From Tolypothrix carrinoi HA7290-LM1 (lineage in GTDB: Bacteria; Cyanobacteriota; Cyanobacteriia; Cyanobacteriales; Nostocaceae), in assembly GCA_019358935.1 (NCBI GenBank), contig JAHHIK010000183.1, positions 1 to 10,270 on the forward strand: a DNA stretch of 10,270 nt, in the 5' to 3' direction. The first letter of the stretch is position 1. The number at the start of each line of letters is the position of its first letter. Positions 1-7,419 of the stretch are shown here, one piece after another. Both the position numbers and the translations under genes were made by a program. A model generated the notes under the pieces. That model had not been told where the DNA came from. It ran no database searches and saw only the letters and a list, made by a program, of their open reading frames with translations.

Positions 1-372
1 AGCATATATGGAAATTATTTCGTTTAGCATCTAGCCCTCCTTATTTTCTCTTCTTGGAGGGCATTTTATTGCTTTACTGTCCCAAAGCGATCGCCTAAAT
101 CAATAACTAGCAACTTAGGTTAGTAGCTGCTTAAATTTGGTAGGGTCAATCGATATTTGGCTTGATTGTGGTATTTTCTTGCCAGTCCATATAGCGCGAT
201 TTTAAATCGGGTAGTGGTTGCTGTATTGGTTCCATGATAAATTAAGATTGAGTTAAAGCTACGGGGGTCCAATTTGCGCGATACTTCCGGTTTCAGTCAT
301 CCGTCAATATTCGGCATTTAATTTAAAGAAACTGTCAAGTTCTTTGCAGCCATGAAGAGGGTTGCAGGTTTC

Positions 373-483
373 GGGTGTAGGGTGTGGGGAACCCCATAAT
401 TAAAATCAGGGGTTTCACTTCCCAACACCCTACCCCCTACCCCCCTTCTTCTACTACACCCCACACCCCACACCCCACACCCT
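373..483. repeat. STRR-like heptamer tandem repeats in inverted arrangement
   Basis: GGGTGTA-GGGTGTG at 373-389 and CCCTACC/CTACACC/CCACACC units at 421-483; typical of heterocystous cyanobacterial intergenic DNA. Confidence 0.75.
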
Positions 484-512
484 GTTTTTAATCAAGCTGG
501 AAAGGTATCTAT

Positions 513-545
513 TTCGTAGTAAGCACTCTCCGTGCTAACTACGAA
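513..545. repeat. Small palindromic dispersed repeat; possible terminator of the SRPBCC gene
   Basis: TTCGTAGT-A-AGCAC / GTGCT-A-ACTACGAA inverted repeat about 100 bp downstream of the minus-strand stop at 649. Confidence 0.55.
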
Positions 546-648
546 TGTGAAATTATGCGCTAATTGCGTAAGCTATAATGTATAAAAAATAGAAAAGTTT
601 ATCAGATACAAAGAATTGGATATCTTCCCCAGCCTTCGGTGGTAGCAA

Positions 649-1218
649 CTAAGTAGCTAACTCCTCTACACGCTGGCGAATCGCTAGCAGATTTAACTGT
701 AGGTCATTTTTTAACCGACGCTCAATCACTGTGACTGGCATAACAAGTTTAGGCCAAATATTGACTGTGTAGCAAAGATTAGTTCCCACATCTTGACCAA
801 CGCAGTAAGGTTCTAAATACCAGCTACCAGAGTAGTCTTTAAAATCTCCCTCTACCATTTGGAAATTAATTGCTTTGAGAAAGCATTCTTCCAAATCGAG
901 AACTACACGCGCACAAAAGTTAAAATTTAATAAGCGCTGAGAGCCTACTTGCTCTAGCCGAATACCGCCGGTAGGATGCGCTAATCGACGACTTTTGGCA
1001 AGGTTAGGAATAAATTCAGCTAAAGCCTCGTAATCTGTCAGGACTTTCCAAACGTGTTCAACTGATTGGGGAATTTGGATTTTAGCAGTGATTTGTCGCT
1101 TTCGCTCTGCTATTTTCTCAATTTGGACTTCCACATCGGTTGTTAAATTCTCTTCTAGGTTGGTGTCGTCACTAGCATTCAAATCAAAGTCCTCTGTTGT
1201 ATTGTGTTGCTCAGTCAC
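649..1218 (-). CDS. SRPBCC/START-family (polyketide cyclase/dehydrase, COQ10-like) protein
   Basis: 189 aa with motifs VWKVLTDYEALAEFIPNL, RLEQVG, FQMVEGDFKDYSGSW; stop of the kinase gene is 16 bp upstream, so probably co-transcribed. Confidence 0.88.
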   Translation of the reverse strand: MTEQHNTTEDFDLNASDDTNLEENLTTDVEVQIEKIAERKRQITAKIQIPQSVEHVWKVLTDYEALAEFIPNLAKSRRLAHPTGGIRLEQVGSQRLLNFNFCARVVLDLEECFLKAINFQMVEGDFKDYSGSWYLEPYCVGQDVGTNLCYTVNIWPKLVMPVTVIERRLKNDLQLNLLAIRQRVEELAT

Positions 1219-1234
1219 TTTTAAATGGTTTGCT

Positions 1235-3322
1235 TTATTCAGAAAATTGGGGCAGAGTCAGGGTGAAGCAAATTCTGCTCAAGTTAGAGTCCTCAATTGG
1301 AGTACTCTCAACAGCGATCGCTCCATTTAAATGCTGCACTAAAGACTTGACTAAAGCAAGCCCCAAACCAGTACCTGGAGTCCATCTTCCTCCTCTACCG
1401 CGACGGAATCTGTCAAATATGTAAGTCGCATCTTCATCAGAGATACCAAGTCCGGTGTTAGTTATTTTAATAATAACTTGATCGATTTGTTCTTCAACTT
1501 GGTGATAGACTTGCAATTGAACCACAGAATCGCGTTCTGAGTATTTACTCGCATTCGTAAACAACTCTTGGAGAATGCGGTTAAAACTTTCTACTTCAGT
1601 TTGTAGAGTTAGTGATTCTGTAGGTAAATTCAGGGAAATACTTAATCCCTTAAGAGCGAGTTTTTGCTCAAAAGATGCTGCTATATCTTGAATTTTTGTA
1701 TTTAAATCGATGTTTTCATATTGTGGGCGCTCATGATGAGAATCAAGCCTTTGAAGCGTCAACAAGTCATTAATCAAGTTGATTTCTTTAGTACACTCGC
1801 TTTCTAAGATATCCACATATATAGCTTGACGCTCTGGTGCTATTCCTGGTAGACGTAAATTGCGGATTGACATCAGCATATTCGTCAGCGGGTAACGCAA
1901 GCGATCGCTCATGTTGCTCAAAAATTCATCTTTGAGTTCGTTAAGTTCCCGCAGCTGCTCAACATATTGACGAGTTCTTTCGTGCAGTTTTGCCTGCAAT
2001 TCTAGACTACTTTGTAGTTTTGCCGTGCGCTCGTCTACCAACATCTGTACTTGCCGCAGTGTTTGTGATTGAATTATGGCATTGCTCATTTGAGCGCAAA
2101 CCATTTCCATCATATTTAATTCTGCAAAATCCCAATTGCGAGGCACTGCTTGCTGAAGCACTAAAAATCCTATGACTTTGCCTTGATTCTCTAAAGGTAC
2201 TAATAGCACCGCAGGCAATATATCCAAAGCAAACACCCCAGCAATTGAAATACTGTTTTGGTCTATATTTTCATTTATAATTACTGCTTTTCCTGATGTG
2301 AAGACGCGCTGGCATAAACCACACTCGGAAACAGAGAAAGACTTATCCAAAGTTTCTAGTTGAGTGCTGCTTTGACTTTCGTCTCTAGACCATTCAGCAA
2401 CAACAGTTGCTTTTGCTTTGGGAATTTGTTTTTTAGGTTGAGTCCTAAATAGCGGATCTGTATATTTTAGCAGTATGAGCATACCGCGATCTGCTTGAAG
2501 ACACTCTGCTGTCGAGGCGATCGCTAACTGAAGCATTTGATTTAACTCCAGGTTGCTGCGACTGAGTATTGTCAATTGCGTGATCAAGCTTTGATGCTGG
2601 GCGCTCTTAGCTATATATTTTTCTTGAGAAGCAATTACCTGTGCTTGTGCTACTTGGGAAAAAGCGATCGCGCAAGACGATTCTACCGCTTTTAGCAGTT
2701 GTTTTTCTGACTCACTCCAATCATAGGGATGAAACTGTATTAGACTTATCACCCCGTTATTTTTGCCCCCAAAGCGTGTGGGAATTGCCAAAACCGCTTT
2801 AATCGGTAACGGTAAATGTTGATATCCTGTTTCCAGACTATTTTTAATAGTCGAAATGTCCTCAATCGTTGGTTCACAAGCACATTCCACCTGTTCGGTT
2901 GAGAATATCTCATCTGGATGCGGCAAGCCTAAATACTCCGACGCACACCAATTAGCAGTAATTGCCCGATCAAATTTTTCACTTGTTACTGGAACTAAGC
3001 AGCAAGAATCAACTTGGAACACGGTTCCTAGCAGTTGGGCAATCTCTTGCAGCATCGTTGCTGGAGCCAAGCTCTTGGCGATGATTTGATGAATATGACG
3101 TGTCAACTGGTGTGATGGTTCTTCCTGATGCTGCATCAGCTTGACTGGGTATTGTTGTCGATCTACTTCATCTTGGCGCAGTACTGGCGATGATAAAGTT
3201 TTTTTCATTCCTGGCACACTGTTTGATAATGACCCCATCCTCTTTTTACCCAACCTCCTGGCATTTCTTTTACTCAAAGTCCTTTCTTCTGCACCTGATG
3301 ATTCGCTTATCGAGGCGATCAA
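1235..3322 (-). CDS. Two-GAF sensor histidine-kinase-like protein with atypical H-box (start codon uncertain)
   Basis: Two GAF-like regions (ending YDWSESEKQLL and RNWDFAELNMM), coiled coil, DHp FLSNMSDRLRYPL, N box ELFTNASKYS, G1 TNTGLGI, F box IFDRF, G2 GTGLGLALVK. Confidence 0.9.
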   Translation of the reverse strand: MIASISESSGAEERTLSKRNARRLGKKRMGSLSNSVPGMKKTLSSPVLRQDEVDRQQYPVKLMQHQEEPSHQLTRHIHQIIAKSLAPATMLQEIAQLLGTVFQVDSCCLVPVTSEKFDRAITANWCASEYLGLPHPDEIFSTEQVECACEPTIEDISTIKNSLETGYQHLPLPIKAVLAIPTRFGGKNNGVISLIQFHPYDWSESEKQLLKAVESSCAIAFSQVAQAQVIASQEKYIAKSAQHQSLITQLTILSRSNLELNQMLQLAIASTAECLQADRGMLILLKYTDPLFRTQPKKQIPKAKATVVAEWSRDESQSSTQLETLDKSFSVSECGLCQRVFTSGKAVIINENIDQNSISIAGVFALDILPAVLLVPLENQGKVIGFLVLQQAVPRNWDFAELNMMEMVCAQMSNAIIQSQTLRQVQMLVDERTAKLQSSLELQAKLHERTRQYVEQLRELNELKDEFLSNMSDRLRYPLTNMLMSIRNLRLPGIAPERQAIYVDILESECTKEINLINDLLTLQRLDSHHERPQYENIDLNTKIQDIAASFEQKLALKGLSISLNLPTESLTLQTEVESFNRILQELFTNASKYSERDSVVQLQVYHQVEEQIDQVIIKITNTGLGISDEDATYIFDRFRRGRGGRWTPGTGLGLALVKSLVQHLNGAIAVESTPIEDSNLSRICFTLTLPQFSE

Positions 3323-3955
3323 AACTTTCTCTCACCTGTTATAGCCCCTTTCTATTTCAGATGACCAAATCACTGGTATATTAAATAAATGTATACTTAC
3401 TTTCAGAAATACCAATTATAGAGTAAAACTCGGAAACCAGTTAATTTCTGCCTTTTATGTATTGAGTTAATTTACTAACTTGGATTTAGAATATCCTGTC
3501 TGTAAGTATACATAAACAGTAATTTCTCTAGAATTTAGGCAGAAACTACGTAAATCTCTTCCGGGTTAACACTGAGGCGTTTTCTCGCGCTTTGTAATAT
3601 TTCTTTCAACTTATGTTTATCTAACTGCGCGACTATTCTTTTTTAAAATTAAAAGTAGAATCTGATTCAAGGAAAACTGAGGCATAGTTTTTACGGGTTA
3701 CTTAGGCAGATAGTAAAGAAGTTGTAAAGTTTTGCTCTTCAAAATTTTCTTGGGGACAATCATTTACCGATAGTGGTGGTGGTTGCCATCTGTTAAGTCT
3801 CCCCCAACGCGCTCCTTGCCACTACGAATAGAACAAAAAGTCCGCGATTTTTGCTCTTAACCCGCGCACGCGGCAGGCTTTGGTACAGGCAACCTGAGAG
3901 TGGACTCACCATTTTTTTGTTAGCAATAGGAATGAGCGCACCCACTAAAGTCTTC

Positions 3956-3981
3956 TAGGGGCAATTCATGAATTGCCCCTA
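3956..3981. repeat. Perfect 26-bp palindrome, SDR/REP-like dispersed repeat
   Basis: TAGGGGCAATTCATGAATTGCCCCTA is its own reverse complement. Confidence 0.8.
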
Positions 3982-4011
3982 CGTAAATTCAAGCTTTGAC
4001 GACGACATGAG

Positions 4012-4023
4012 TGCGTAAGTCCT
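4012..4023 (-). mobile_element. Solitary IS/MITE terminal repeat remnant
   Basis: TGCGTAAGTCCT is the reverse complement of AGGACTTACGCA found in the IS ends at 9879 and 10147. Confidence 0.5.
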
Positions 4024-4153
4024 AACCAAATTGGTCACAAATATTTGGATTTTATGAAATTTATTTATTTTATTAATAAAAATTAATTATAGTATAGCCC
4101 AGTTACCAGCAAACAGACGTGAGTAACTGAGCCGTATTTACTTGAAACGAGAG

Positions 4154-4492
4154 TTATCCAACCAAACTTTCGACACAAAGAGGAACCATATCGCCATTCC
4201 TCGTCAGTCCTAACAACATTGGTTGTTGGGGTTGAATTAATTGACCTGTGAGTACGCAGCGTTCTTCTTGTTGAGCTGTTGCGGCTATGCTGGCTCGAAT
4301 ATCAGATCGCGAAAATCGGGGTTTCCACTCACCTGATTTTTGCTGGACATAATTCCAGAGTATATCTCGGATCAATGCCTGATATCCCTGGCTGCCGGCT
4401 AATTCTTTGAGTTTATCTTTTAGTTCGCGCTCCAGACGGATGCTGGTAACTTCCATGTCGGTGGTTGGCGTGCGAGCGATCGTATGCATCAC
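4154..4492 (-). CDS. trcR: Ribbon-helix-helix (CopG-like) repressor, TrcR-like regulator of the tRNA array
   Basis: RHH pattern EVTSIRLERELKDKLKELAG..GYQALIRDILWNYV; AAGGAG RBS upstream (ATG at 4489 may be the true start); gene order recalls the Anabaena PCC 7120 all0854 locus; symbol from recollection, not a search. Confidence 0.78.
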   Translation of the reverse strand: MMHTIARTPTTDMEVTSIRLERELKDKLKELAGSQGYQALIRDILWNYVQQKSGEWKPRFSRSDIRASIAATAQQEERCVLTGQLIQPQQPMLLGLTRNGDMVPLCVESLVG

Positions 4493-4510
4493 TTTTTCTC
4501 CTTATAGGTA

Positions 4511-4557
4511 TGGACAGGATAGTAATACAAGTGTAGTATGTTTAAAGGAATGTTCAA
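4511..4557. promoter_or_regulatory. Overlapping divergent promoters with two putative TrcR boxes
   Basis: Plus strand TGGACA(4511-4516)-17 bp-TAGTAT(4534-4539); minus strand TTGAAC(4557-4552)-16 bp-TACACT(4535-4530); boxes AGTAATAC(4521) and TGTAGTAT(4532) 11 bp apart. Confidence 0.6.
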
Positions 4558-4665
4558 TAGGTGAAATTTTCTGTGAAATCCGTTTACCCCAACTCTACTT
4601 CTTCGCGTGCTGCCAACTGCCGATTCAGTTGGGAATCAGCCGCTGCGGGAGTGGAGTATTTATTT

Positions 4666-4809
4666 ATGGGTGACGAAGTCCATAATCACGGGCAAATCAC
4701 AGAGGGTAATCATGATTTTAGATATCAGAGAATTAGTGGGCTGAATATAGCACTAAAACCAAACCAAGCAAGCGGGAGGTACAGATACCAAGATGCTGTA
4801 CCGATATAA
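4666..4809 (+). CDS. Putative 47-aa leader peptide (uORF) upstream of the HNH gene
   Basis: GGAG at 4653-4656, 9 nt before ATG 4666; in frame with the 4561..4809 ORF; stop lies 27 nt before the terminator stem. Confidence 0.4.
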   Translation: MGDEVHNHGQITEGNHDFRYQRISGLNIALKPNQASGRYRYQDAVPI

Positions 4810-4836
4810 GACCAGAACACTTTCCGGTCAATTTCC

Positions 4837-4874
4837 AACCCCCGCTTCAGAAAAAAAAGAAGCGGGGGTTTTTT
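4837..4874 (+). terminator. Intrinsic terminator / attenuator directly upstream of the HNH gene
   Basis: 12-bp perfect stem AACCCCCGCTTC/GAAGCGGGGGTT with a T run at 4869-4874. Confidence 0.8.
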
Positions 4875-4890
4875 AATAAGGAGTCAAGCT

Positions 4891-5409
4891 GTGACGAGCG
4901 CAATGCAAGTGTTAGAGCAATCCGTGGTGGTTTTTTCGCAAAACTACTTGCCACTGTGTCGGGTAAATATCAAGCGGGCGATCGTGCTGTTAGTAACAAA
5001 TAAAGCCGAACCGCTCGACTTTATCGCCGAAAACGGATGGCAAGTCCACTCACCCAGCTTGGTACTTTATGTACCAAAACACATTCGCTTGAAAATCGCT
5101 TCTAGTGAGCGCGTGTGGAAAATTCCACCGGTAAATCGACGGGAAGTGTTGCGACGAGACCATCACAGTTGCCAATATTGCGGTAGCAGCAAACATCTAA
5201 CGCTGGATCATGTGATTCCGCGATCTAAAGGCGGTTTGCATAGTTGGGATAACGTAGTCACAGCTTGTGAAAAATGTAACTCCCGTAAAGGCGATCGCAC
5301 TCTCTTTGAGACTGGTATGCAACTGCGTACCAAGCCAAAAGCACCAGTTCATCCGGCTATATCTTTCGCCGAACAGTTCTGGCGTTCGGAACAAGCAAAC
5401 CTGGAATAA
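4891..5409 (+). CDS. HNH endonuclease (McrA-like, zinc finger)
   Basis: RREVLRRDHHSCQYCG..LTLDHVIPRSKGG..SWDNVVTACEKCNSRKG; AAGGAG RBS 7 nt before GTG. Confidence 0.93.
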   Translation: MTSAMQVLEQSVVVFSQNYLPLCRVNIKRAIVLLVTNKAEPLDFIAENGWQVHSPSLVLYVPKHIRLKIASSERVWKIPPVNRREVLRRDHHSCQYCGSSKHLTLDHVIPRSKGGLHSWDNVVTACEKCNSRKGDRTLFETGMQLRTKPKAPVHPAISFAEQFWRSEQANLE

Positions 5410-5425
5410 CAGGAGAGCATAAGGA

Positions 5426-5842
5426 ATGTTGAAATTAACTTACACTGAAAAAAGCTTTCACTTAGAGTGTTTAAATCAGTCCTTGGAGCAATGGGTGCAA
5501 GGGCGAGTGATTTTGGCACTGCGAGTTGGGCAATGTCTGTGCGTAGAACCGAGTACCGCTTCCTTTTTGCTTCCTGTTGATTTACCAGGAGTAGAAGCGC
5601 TAAAAGCTGAGGTAAAGCGCGACGTGTCAGAAATTATGGCGTTGTCAGTTTGTGATGCCGACTATTTAGAAGTTACTCTGCGCGGTTCTTGGATATCAAA
5701 TGGTTCTGAGGATGCTGAGGGTGTGTTTGTCACGACGATGAGCGATTCGCCTAACGGCGATAGCTTCGCTTCACGCACTGAATTTTTTGTACACAAACTC
5801 TGGCAAGAGGCGCAAAAAAGCGCCTCCGTCGTGAGCGAGTGA
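5426..5842 (+). CDS. Conserved cyanobacterial hypothetical protein (Alr0857-like)
   Basis: 138 aa, MLKLTYTE..LEQWVQGRVILALRVG..EPSTASFLLP; GGAG upstream; 16 bp after the HNH stop. Confidence 0.75.
   Translation: MLKLTYTEKSFHLECLNQSLEQWVQGRVILALRVGQCLCVEPSTASFLLPVDLPGVEALKAEVKRDVSEIMALSVCDADYLEVTLRGSWISNGSEDAEGVFVTTMSDSPNGDSFASRTEFFVHKLWQEAQKSASVVSE
5747..5773. mobile_element. 27-bp SDR5-like insertion splitting a HIP1 site inside the CDS
   Basis: GCGAT(5742-5746) + 27 bp with hairpins TCGCC-TAAC-GGCGA and AGC-TTC-GCT + CGC(5774-5776); in frame. Confidence 0.6.
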
Positions 5843-5852
5843 AATGACTTTT

Positions 5853-5878
5853 GAGGTGAGTAGAAATGCTCACCTTTT
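5853..5878 (+). terminator. Intrinsic terminator of the HNH/Alr0857-like operon
   Basis: AGGTGAGTA-GAAA-TGCTCACCT hairpin followed by T residues. Confidence 0.65.
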
Positions 5879-6204
5879 ATAACTTCATTTGTAGTAAGCG
5901 TGTTACAAATCGTTAGCCTTGCTTTTGATACCAAGTTGCTGATTTGTTGGCGTTTGGCTATTTTTTTCCAGTATAAAAAAGTGCCGAAAGCAATACTACA
6001 GACAGTTACAAAGTTGGTTTGCAGTCAAATCAGTGCGATCGCACTAAATATGTTTTGTCGTTTGAGATGATTGTCTATTAAGTTAAATTTTCAGAAATTC
6101 ACGATTAGCACAAGTTGTAGTTTGACCCCCTAAACAAGGTCTTGAGTTAAAGCCTAAGCACAGAAGCAGTTTTAGACAATTTAAAAAAAACTTTCCCAAA
6201 CCCC

Positions 6205-6245
6205 TTGACATCCTTTGTAGTATATTTGTAATATTTGTGTAGTGA
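6205..6245 (+). promoter_or_regulatory. Sigma70-type promoter of the tRNA array with three phased operator boxes
   Basis: TTGACA(6205-6210)-18 bp-TAATAT(6229-6234); TGTAGTAT(6216), TGTAATAT(6227), TGTAGTGA(6238). Confidence 0.78.
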
Positions 6246-6490
6246 AGGGAAAGACAAACGAACCAAGGATTAAAAACTATGTTCTACATACAAGTAGTGC
6301 AGAAAAGCTGGGATAAACCACAGACCCCAGCAAATAAAGCTCCTCCTTCTTGCAAATTATCTGAAGTAGAAGGAAGAAATCACAAAAGTTCTCATCCAAA
6401 GAACAAAACCACCGAATACATGCGTAATACACAACAGGTTTATTACTTAGAGCGTCGGTTGTTTTGCTAACAGTTAAAAGTAATTTTTCT

Positions 6491-6502
6491 GAACCTTGAA
6501 AA
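6491..6502 (+). promoter_or_regulatory. rrn-type boxA antitermination element
   Basis: GAACCTTGAAAA matches the boxA of cyanobacterial rRNA spacers; preceded by a long hairpin (6404-6466). Confidence 0.65.
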
Positions 6503-6530
6503 CTAAATATGAAATGGGCAAATTCACCAA

Positions 6531-6570
6531 AAATCTGTGCCTAAAAGTCTAAAAGTTTAGGCACAGATTT
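6531..6570. repeat. 15-bp perfect inverted repeat before the first tRNA
   Basis: AAATCTGTGCCTAAA-10 nt-TTTAGGCACAGATTT. Confidence 0.8.
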
Positions 6571-6577
6571 CAAACAT

Positions 6578-6651
6578 GGGGGTATAGCTCAACTGGTTAG
6601 AGCAGTCGCCTGTCGAGCGAAAGGCTACGAGTTCAAGTCTCGTTACTCCCG
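6578..6651 (+). tRNA. trnD: tRNA-Asp(GUC)
   Basis: Acceptor GGGGGTA/TACTCCC, G73, loop CT-GTC-GA, T arm ACGAG-TTCAAGT-CTCGT. Confidence 0.88.
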
Positions 6652-6655
6652 TGAT

Positions 6656-6729
6656 AGTCCTGTAGGCGAATAGTTTAAGCGATCAGTTTCTCAAGCTGAA
6701 GATTGCGGGTGCAAATCCCGTCGGGACTT
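6656..6729 (+). tRNA. trnE: tRNA-Glu(CUC), atypical or degenerate
   Basis: AGTCCTG/CGGGACT, anticodon arm TCAGT-TT-CTC-AA-GCTGA; poorly paired D arm, T loop TGCAAAT. Confidence 0.6.
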
Positions 6730-6735
6730 GCAAAT

Positions 6736-6808
6736 GGCTGAGTAGCTAAGTGGTTGAAGGCGTCGGTCTGCAAAACCGATATCGTGAGTTCAAATCTCAC
6801 CTCAGCCT
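6736..6808 (+). tRNA. trnC: tRNA-Cys(GCA)
   Basis: GGCTGAG/CTCAGCC, U73, TCGGT-CT-GCA-AA-ACCGA. Confidence 0.9.
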
Positions 6809-6814
6809 TTGTGT

Positions 6815-6885
6815 CGCAGTGTAGCTTAACGCAAAGCCCCAAGCTCATACCTTGGTTGATGCGGGTGCAAATCCCGCCACTGCTA
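6815..6885 (+). tRNA. trnM: tRNA with CAU anticodon (Met-like), atypical
   Basis: CGCAGTG/CACTGCT with C1-U72 mismatch, CCAAG-CT-CAT-AC-CTTGG, D loop lacking GG, T loop TGCAAAT. Confidence 0.65.
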
Positions 6886-6890
6886 CTCAT

Positions 6891-6961
6891 GCAGGGATGG
6901 TGTAACGGCAACACCGCGCTCTCCAAAAGCGTTGTTCTGGGTTCAAATCCTAGTCCCTGCG
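6891..6961 (+). tRNA. trnW: tRNA-Trp(CCA)
   Basis: GCAGGGA/TCCCTGC, G73, GCGCT-CT-CCA-AA-AGCGT. Confidence 0.88.
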
Positions 6962-7001
6962 TTCTACTTCTTAAACTTGCACGGAGTAGATATTTAAATA
7001 T

Positions 7002-7074
7002 GGTGCCGTGGGCAAATGGTTAAGCCACCAGGCTTTCAATCTGGGGATTGCGGGTTCAAATCCCGTCGGCACTA
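7002..7074 (+). tRNA. trnE: tRNA-Glu(UUC)
   Basis: GGTGCCG/CGGCACT, CCAGG-CT-TTC-AA-TCTGG. Confidence 0.88.
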
Positions 7075-7082
7075 TAAAATTT

Positions 7083-7163
7083 GGGTCGGCTCGCCTATTG
7101 GTGTGGGCAGCGCTCTGTAAAAGCGTCCTTTATTGGTTGCAGGTTCAATTCCTGCCCGACCCA
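7083..7163 (+). tRNA. trnY: tRNA-Tyr(GUA)
   Basis: GGGTCGG/CCGACCC, A73, GCGCT-CT-GTA-AA-AGCGT, extended variable region. Confidence 0.85.
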
Positions 7164-7167
7164 CTGA

Positions 7168-7257
7168 GGAGAAGTGGCTGAGTGGCTAAAAGCGTCCTCC
7201 TGCTAAGAGGAAACGGGTAGTTAATACCCGTCGCAGGTTCAAATCCTGTCTTCTCCG
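7168..7257 (+). tRNA. trnS: tRNA-Ser(GCU)
   Basis: GGAGAAG/CTTCTCC, G73, TCCTC-CT-GCT-AA-GAGGA, long variable arm ACGGGTA/TACCCGT. Confidence 0.92.
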
Positions 7258-7261
7258 TTTT

Positions 7262-7335
7262 GGTCGCGTGGTGTAACTGGATAACATCTGAGTCTACGAA
7301 ACTCAAGAGTGAAGGTTCAATTCCTTCCGCGATCG
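7262..7335 (+). tRNA. trnR: tRNA-Arg(ACG)
   Basis: GGTCGCG/CGCGATC, TGAGT-CT-ACG-AA-ACTCA. Confidence 0.9.
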
Positions 7336-7343
7336 CCTTACAT

Positions 7344-7412
7344 GGGAGAGATGAAGTAGTGGCTGATTAGTGTTGAATTAAAGCAGTCCACTAGATAAAA
7401 CTTATCTCTCCT
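7344..7412 (+). ncRNA. Non-tRNA 69-nt stem-loop element within the array
   Basis: GGGAGAGATGA/TTATCTCTCCT (11 bp), asymmetric internal loop, TAGTGG/CCACTA, CTG/CAG; no T or D loop motifs. Confidence 0.4.
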
Positions 7413-7419
7413 TCTATAT

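Noticed and set aside
146..340. 29-codon minus-strand ORF (235-146) with upstream CGGAAGTA resembling a glutamine riboswitch core
   Set aside because: No clear RBS and the remaining riboswitch motifs are not found; too little support by eye
1088..3384. Small ORFs antisense to the SRPBCC and kinase genes (also 4407-4673, 5197-5394, 5662-5934, 8517-8714)
   Set aside because: Overlap well-supported genes on the opposite strand and have no recognisable motifs
4560..5409. IscB/HEARO (OMEGA) RNA-guided system
   Set aside because: The 172-aa HNH lacks PLMP and RuvC motifs, and the upstream structure is better explained as an attenuator
5888..5910. NtcA site
   Set aside because: GTA-TAC spacing is 10 or 7 nt, not the required 8
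7344..7412. Y RNA call for this element or for 9704-9738
   Set aside because: The bulged-C GUC-C-GA/UUGAC Ro60-binding helix is absent and no Ro60 gene is in the window
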